Assembly: GCA_964016885.1 (NCBI GenBank)
Contig: OZ024742.1
Coordinates: forward strand, 134,478,001 to 134,542,000
Length of the DNA stretch: 64,000 bases
Source: Eledone cirrhosa
Lineage: Eukaryota
Reading direction: 5' to 3'
The notes under the pieces were generated by a model. It saw nothing but the letters and a program-made list of their open reading frames with translations. It was not told the origin of the DNA and searched no databases. Both the position numbers and the translations under genes were made by a program. Of the stretch, positions 57,735 to 64,000 are shown piece by piece (the first letter of the stretch is position 1; each line of letters opens with the position of its first letter).

Positions 57735-58295
57735 TCTCCAAGACAATGTCACTGGACCGAGACCTTTGGCGGTACTCAGTAACAGAGAAGACACGCCTTA
57801 CCTAAATACAAAGTAAAACCTACTAGTCAGTAGGTATCTCTAACAAAATACACCCCCGTCCCACCCCATCCACACCGCCCCCTTCAATGCACAGTTATGT
57901 TGGTGCCACAACATCCAAGCCGAAACAAACGAGATCGTGTAGGTGTCACGACAAAAAAACACACAGTCCACGCTGTAACGTGACCGTGTAGGCAACGCGG
58001 TAAAAACCTCCCAGTCCCACACTGTAAATGTGGTTGGTGTTAGGAAGGGCACCCAGCTGTAGAAAACACGCCAGACAGTCCACGCTGTAATGTGGCCGTG
58101 TAGGCAACACGGTAAAAACCTCCCAGCCCCACACTGTAAATGTGGTTGGTGTTAGGAAGGGCATCCAGCTGTAGAAAACACGCCAGATAGTCCTATGCGA
58201 GCAAGACAACCACTCTTGCCTCAAGTGGGAAAACCCCCGTCCAAACCCATGCAAGCGTGGAACAGGGACGTTAAACGATGATGATGATGATGATA
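57735..58295 (+). mobile_element. SINE-like RTE-tailed element with internal ~110-bp duplication
   Basis: Two copies of ggttggtgttaggaagggca(c/t)ccagctgtagaaaac and a 3' ggacgttaaac(gat)n tail. Confidence 0.7.
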
Positions 58296-58467
58296 TGCGG
58301 CAAATAATCTATATCATTTGTCTATTATTTCTTCATAAATACATTTTAAACCCCCATTTAAATGATTTTTTATGTGGTTAATTTATACTCATTGGGAGAG
58401 GAAATGCTGTATATATTTTATGTAATGATTCTTTCGACTTACATTTATATATATATATATATATATA

Positions 58468-59544
58468 CTAGCAGCAGTACTTAGCGTTGCCTGTGTAGAT
58501 AAAATAATATCTGCTTTGATGAAAAGGTGTTGATCTTAGCGACTGCGATTAACTTGAAAATCGGTCGTAAGGTGTATTAAATAGCGAAATGTTGAGTGAA
58601 ATCGTATGGAATATGTGGGAGGTGGAAATAATCGTATTTTATAGAGTTATACGGCTGCCACGCCGTCCCTGAACAAAAAATGTAAAGTGTAAAGCTACTA
58701 TAAGATGTGCAATGATAGGTTCTATCGTAATATAAAAGTTGAACCAAATAAATAGATCTATGTGTGAGGTCGAGTCGAAGTTTCGAATTTGAACGAAATC
58801 GGTTGAAAAATGTGGGAGCTAATGATAGTTCTCCGTCCCTGATAAAAACAAATGCAAAGTGTAAAGCTACTATAAGATGTGCAATGTTAGGTTCTATCGT
58901 AGTATAAAAGTTGAACCAAATAAATTGATTTATGTGTGAGGTCGAGCCAAAGTTTCGAATTTGAACGAAATCGGTTGAAAAATGTGGGAGCTAGAGCTGA
59001 AAAGGCGGAAATTTGGCCGAAAAGGTGGTATTTCCGAATATTTAAGCGGCTGCCACGCCTTTCATGAACAAATAATCCAACATGTAAAGCTACTTTAAGA
59101 CGTGAAATAATCAGGTCTAGTGTAGTCTAAAATTTGAACAAAGTAGGTTGATTAATGTAGGAGCTAGAGCCGAAAATTGAGTCTAAAAGAGGTATTTGTT
59201 AATTATTTAAGCGGTTGCCACACCGTCCATGAACAACAGATGCAAAATATAAAGGGATTACAGGATGTGCAATGATAAATTCTATTTGACTTTAAAATTT
59301 GAACGAAATCGGTGGCAAGATGTGGGAGCTAGAGCCAAACATTTTATTTTTCGATACCTAAAAGGTGACCACCTATCGATTTTTAACTGCAAAGTTACCC
59401 CGGGATAAAGAAAAGCTAAAGGCTGATATATAGAAAACACTCGCCGAAGACTAATCTATGAGCTTGTAAAGTTTCATGAAAATCGGTCGTACGATGTAGG
59501 CCCTTACAGGTAATACACAGACACACAGACACACACACACATAC

Positions 59545-59555
<11 letters not shown>
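58468..59555 (-). mobile_element. Non-autonomous Helitron-like element with internal ~170-bp repeats
   Basis: CTAG terminus with a degenerate hairpin at 58468-58497, aagtttcatgaaaatcgg..acagacac block at the other end, and repeats at 58662-58821 and 58833-58993. Confidence 0.6.
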
Positions 59556-59609
<54 letters not shown>

Positions 59610-59838
59610 TAATAATATAATAATAATAATATTATTTATACTTATATATACACTATATATAATTATAAACAGGAAAGGTCAGTAATTCATTACCACCATT
59701 ACCACCATAACACCAGTAAGAAAAATAGCTCAATATAAATACATCAGATGTTTGACAGAGCAGGAATATAAATTAGAGAATAATCAAAACTATGTTCAAA
59801 ACTGTTTGAACATAGTTTATATATACATATATATATAC

Positions 59839-59907
<69 letters not shown>

Positions 59908-60413
59908 GATAGATATGTATAAGAGTAAGTGTGTGTGTGTGTGTGTGTGAATGTGTGTGCGAGTGATTATGTGGGTTTATTTATGTACATATTGAGCACT
60001 GACGAAATGGGATAAACTCACTGGGAAAATATAACTAGAATGTGACACTAGATCGAAATGAAAATTGTCCCTGAACACAAACAATAAATATATAAACAGA
60101 AATTTCATGAATCCCATTGACAATATATTACATTCATGCTGTTTAAGAGTTTGCTTCACCCAAGACGAGAGCTGTAGTTTCAGAGGGTTCATATTGATGG
60201 TCTACATGTTAATAAATCAAAAACAATACAGTATGTATAGCAGTTTAATTTCACTGCACATGCCTCTTCACTGACCTTCTATTCCTCTTCAACATGGTCG
60301 GCAGGACGTGGTTATGGATTGGATGCACGTGAAATTATTGCGGGCGAATAACAATGGTGAACGAAAACGTGATATGCACACGTGCAAAAACATACTCATG
60401 CACGCGCGGGCAT

Positions 60414-60514
<101 letters not shown>

Positions 60515-60579
60515 CGTGCGCGCGAGTATGCGTGCGCGTGCAGACACACACACTGACATACACGCACATGTGTATATAT

Positions 60580-60651
<72 letters not shown>

Positions 60652-60982
60652 ATATATATATACATACATATATAAACATATATATATATATATATATTTC
60701 TCTGTGTTTACGAGCATATGGAATTAGATTCCATTTCATGACAATACACATATACGTAATGTTATACTCAGATACTTAGAGAATATATATATATATATAT
60801 ATATGTACACTTTGTCGTAGCAATATCTCCTCTTGCACATGATAATAGTATAAATCAAAACTGACCAATTCATATCTGGTTAATGGATTTCATTTGAAAT
60901 GACATCGTTATAACGGGGTAGGAATGAGGGAGAAAAATGCGTGCTAGAATCAGCAGTAAGGTTAAGATGTTTGTTTAGAGGC

Positions 60983-61065
<83 letters not shown>

Positions 61066-61415
61066 CAAGTGGTGGTTGTAGTGGTGCTGGTGCTGCTGGT
61101 ACTAGTAGTAGTAGTAGTAGTAGTATTAGTATTAATAGTAGTGGTAGTGGTAGTAATAGTAGTAGGTGTAGTGGTGGTGGTAGTAGTAGTAGCAGTAGTA
61201 TTAGTAGTAGTAGTGGTGGCGGTGGTGGTGGTGGTAACAGCAGTAGTATTAGTAGTAGTGGCGGTTGTGGTAGTAGTAATAGTAGTAATAGTAGTAGTAG
61301 TAGCAGTAGTAATAGTAGTAGTGGTGGTTGCGGTGGTGGTGGCGCTAGTAGTAGTAGTAATAGTAGTAGTAGTAGTAGTAGTGGTGGCGGTGTTAGTAGT
61401 AGTTTTAGTAGTTGA
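60983..61415. repeat. (GTA/GTG)n microsatellite
   Basis: Direct inspection. Confidence 0.95.
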
Positions 61416-62087
61416 GGAAGTGGTGGGGCGTGACCTCTTGTGGGTTAAATATCCATGAATGACTGACGTTGCTGGTCGAGGGTAATATGTGAGAAAGGCT
61501 GTCATCTTAATAGTGCAACTCTATTCAAATAGTTTAATATGTCAGATATTGTAAAATAAAATAAAGAAAGAGAATGGGTCGCCATATGACTCCGCAAAGA
61601 AACTATTCGTGCTTTCCTTCCTCCTTAATTCAGTCTCTATTCATGTGGTCTCCACTTAGGTTATTCTGCTCACGATCGTTCGGTACTGGGTACGTTGCGT
61701 CCTTCAGCGATACACTTTAATTCACGTTACTGCAGTCCACGTATCTCGCTATAAAGAGTTGTACCTGTAACTTGAAGTGTCAGTTATATTGTATGCCACG
61801 CTTTAGCTTGAGTGCTACGATAAATGTACGCCTGTCTGTGGAATTAGAAGGCATTAGTAGCGTTCATACCAGATTAACATTCACCCTAACAAATTGTGTG
61901 TTTGTGTTTTTGACATAATAGTATAATAGTTACACTTATATATTAGTTGAACAACATCAAACGTATTTTCACTTGTTTGCTGTAATCGATGAAATGAAGT
62001 CCCAGTAACGAAATAAAATCAACGTAATTGATATTTCCCTACACGGAAATTATTGGACTTGCTCCTTAAAACGTTATTTACAGTGGT

Positions 62088-62260
62088 GGATTGGCAGTAT
62101 CGGTAGATCGTCTGACAACATGCCGCATATATTTACGTCTCTTTACTTTCTGAATTAGAAACCAACCTATGTTAGTTTTGCCTTGCAACATTAAGGAGTC
62201 GATAAAATTAATAATCAGTACTGGAGTCTATTTAATCGACTTTCCCACTCCCCTTCAATT
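62088..62260 (+). mobile_element. Degenerate tRNA-derived SINE copy
   Basis: ggcagtatcggtaga start and gtcgataaaat core. Confidence 0.65.
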
Positions 62261-62289
62261 TGCTGGAATTGTGTCTAATGTAGAAACAC

Positions 62290-63640
62290 TTATTTACTGT
62301 AGAGTCTGATCCGCAAGAGAACAGTCTGGAATTAGAGAAAAACACCATGGAAAGCATCCAGCATATAGCTAACTCCATCCACCAGAGTATTATAGTAACT
62401 ACAGAATACCCAACCAAACACCCCAACCATCGTTTACCTGTACTGGACACAGAGCTCTGGTTAGAAACCATTAATAACAAAAAACAAATCCTCCATTCCC
62501 ATTATGCCAAGCCCATGACTTCCAAATATCTGGACCACACCAAAATCAACATACTGATTGTGGATTTGGTACGGATCCCGCATGTGCAACCCCAAAAAAC
62601 TAGAGAGACACATAGAACACTTCATCCACCGTATGCATTTCTCTGGTTACAATCAGAGACATAAAATCAGAGTATATAGAGGAGCCAGAACCAAATAGGA
62701 AAAAATGGTAAATAATGATACAAATGGGATCTGCCCATTGTATAGGAGCAAATTTTGGAATAGAATAGAAAGAACTAGGAATAACGTTAATAGAATAAAC
62801 TCATGGTATGATAGCAATAAATACCAGAGTGTAATGTTAATCAATACAACCCCTACAAGGGCCCTAGATAAACTAAACTCAATATTAAGATAGTAGAAAG
62901 ACCAGGTCCCTCCATAAAAACACTTATTAGCAATACATACCCTTTTCAAAGACCTCCCTCTATAGATAAGAAATGTATAATATGTAATCTAAGCCCCCAT
63001 ATTAACTGTAAAACTAGAAATGTAGTATATAGCATAATATGTACTGAAGGACAATGTAGAGATAATAAAATAGTGTACATAGGTGCAACAGCTCGTAGTA
63101 TAGAATCATCTGTACTCCACCAACATGCTAAAATAGAACATAAGGGTAAATTAGAGAACATAGAAATGAAAATAGAATCTACACACAGAAAAGACGGAAT
63201 GTTTAGACAAATCAGAGAGGTAATAAACATAAATGAACTCCAACCAAAATTAAAAATTACAATTAAATAGAAAACATGAATGGAATAGGAACATCGCAAC
63301 TTACAATTAAGGACAAAATGAAAACACACACACACATAGAACAAACAACCAACCAGTAACATGTAAATAACTAAGCACACAATACACAAAAACAAGATGG
63401 CGTAGGACAGAACAAAGTAGAGGCACAAAAACAAAGAAAATAATCCCCAGTCACTGAAGAGGTCACATAATGTGTGACGAAAGAACTTTGACAATACATG
63501 AACAATCGTCCGGTTGTGCACCCAACCAACCAACCGGAAATGTATAAATTCTTAAATTTATAAATTTAATTTATAATAAATTGGAGTGAAAGCAACTGGT
63601 TCGTGTGTTTCTTATTGGCAATATGACCCTAGCATAACAA
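62290..63640 (+). mobile_element. Penelope-like element 3' part (RT C-terminus, GIY-YIG, pLTR, family H)
   Basis: RLPVLDTELW..HYAKP and VVYSI..YIGATARS. HHR at 63450-63492: GTCA-CTGAAGA-g-GTCACA..TGTGAC-GAAA-GAAC-TT-TGAC. Confidence 0.88.
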
Positions 63641-63666
63641 TATATATATATATATATATACATATT

Positions 63667-63723
<57 letters not shown>

Positions 63724-64000
63724 ATATATGGATTTTCTATAAATCAGCTTTTCCATATTCAGGGCGGTTACCAGTAAGAATAGTATCTTGATATCATGTG
63801 TAGTATCTAATTAGAATTAAAATCTTATTTTCATTTCACGCATACCTATGTGATGACCCAAACATACGTTGATATAAAATTGCGTTTTTTTTCTTTCCCC
63901 ATCTTATTTTTTCTGTTTCTATACGGATGTTTGTATATAAAATGCGTTCAGACGAACTAAAAGAGGAGCAGTAGGGGGTGTCAAAGAAAAAGCTAGAAAT

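Overview
Eukaryotic, AT-rich, microsatellite-dense DNA with no confidently identifiable host gene. The repeat content (RTE LINEs, a tRNA-derived SINE family, Penelope-like elements, long (TA)n/(CA)n/(GA)n tracts) suggests an invertebrate, probably an octopus or other cephalopod (inference). Most ORFs in the track are microsatellite translations. The real coding remnants are retrotransposons: four RTE-type LINEs, a CR1/L2-type 3' end, a CRE-type RLE element and several Penelope-like elements (PLEs), one of them near full length at 49200-52648. The striking signal, found by folding sequence by eye, is about 34 type I hammerhead-ribozyme (HHR)-like motifs, roughly a third clearly degenerate, belonging to about 14 unrelated sequence families. 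They occur in (i) PLE pseudo-LTRs, (ii) a ~441-451 bp tandem retrozyme-like family at three loci with an octamer motif in every unit, (iii) a ~997 bp tandem array whose HHR has a large branched stem II, and (iv) many short non-coding fold-back or terminally redundant elements inserted in (TA)n tracts. Several families carry variant cores (U3-A8 covariation, U.U at the base of stem II). My reading is a diverse set of PLE-mobilised, TA-targeted ribozyme retroelements. Pairings were checked manually, and no cleavage activity or expression is shown.
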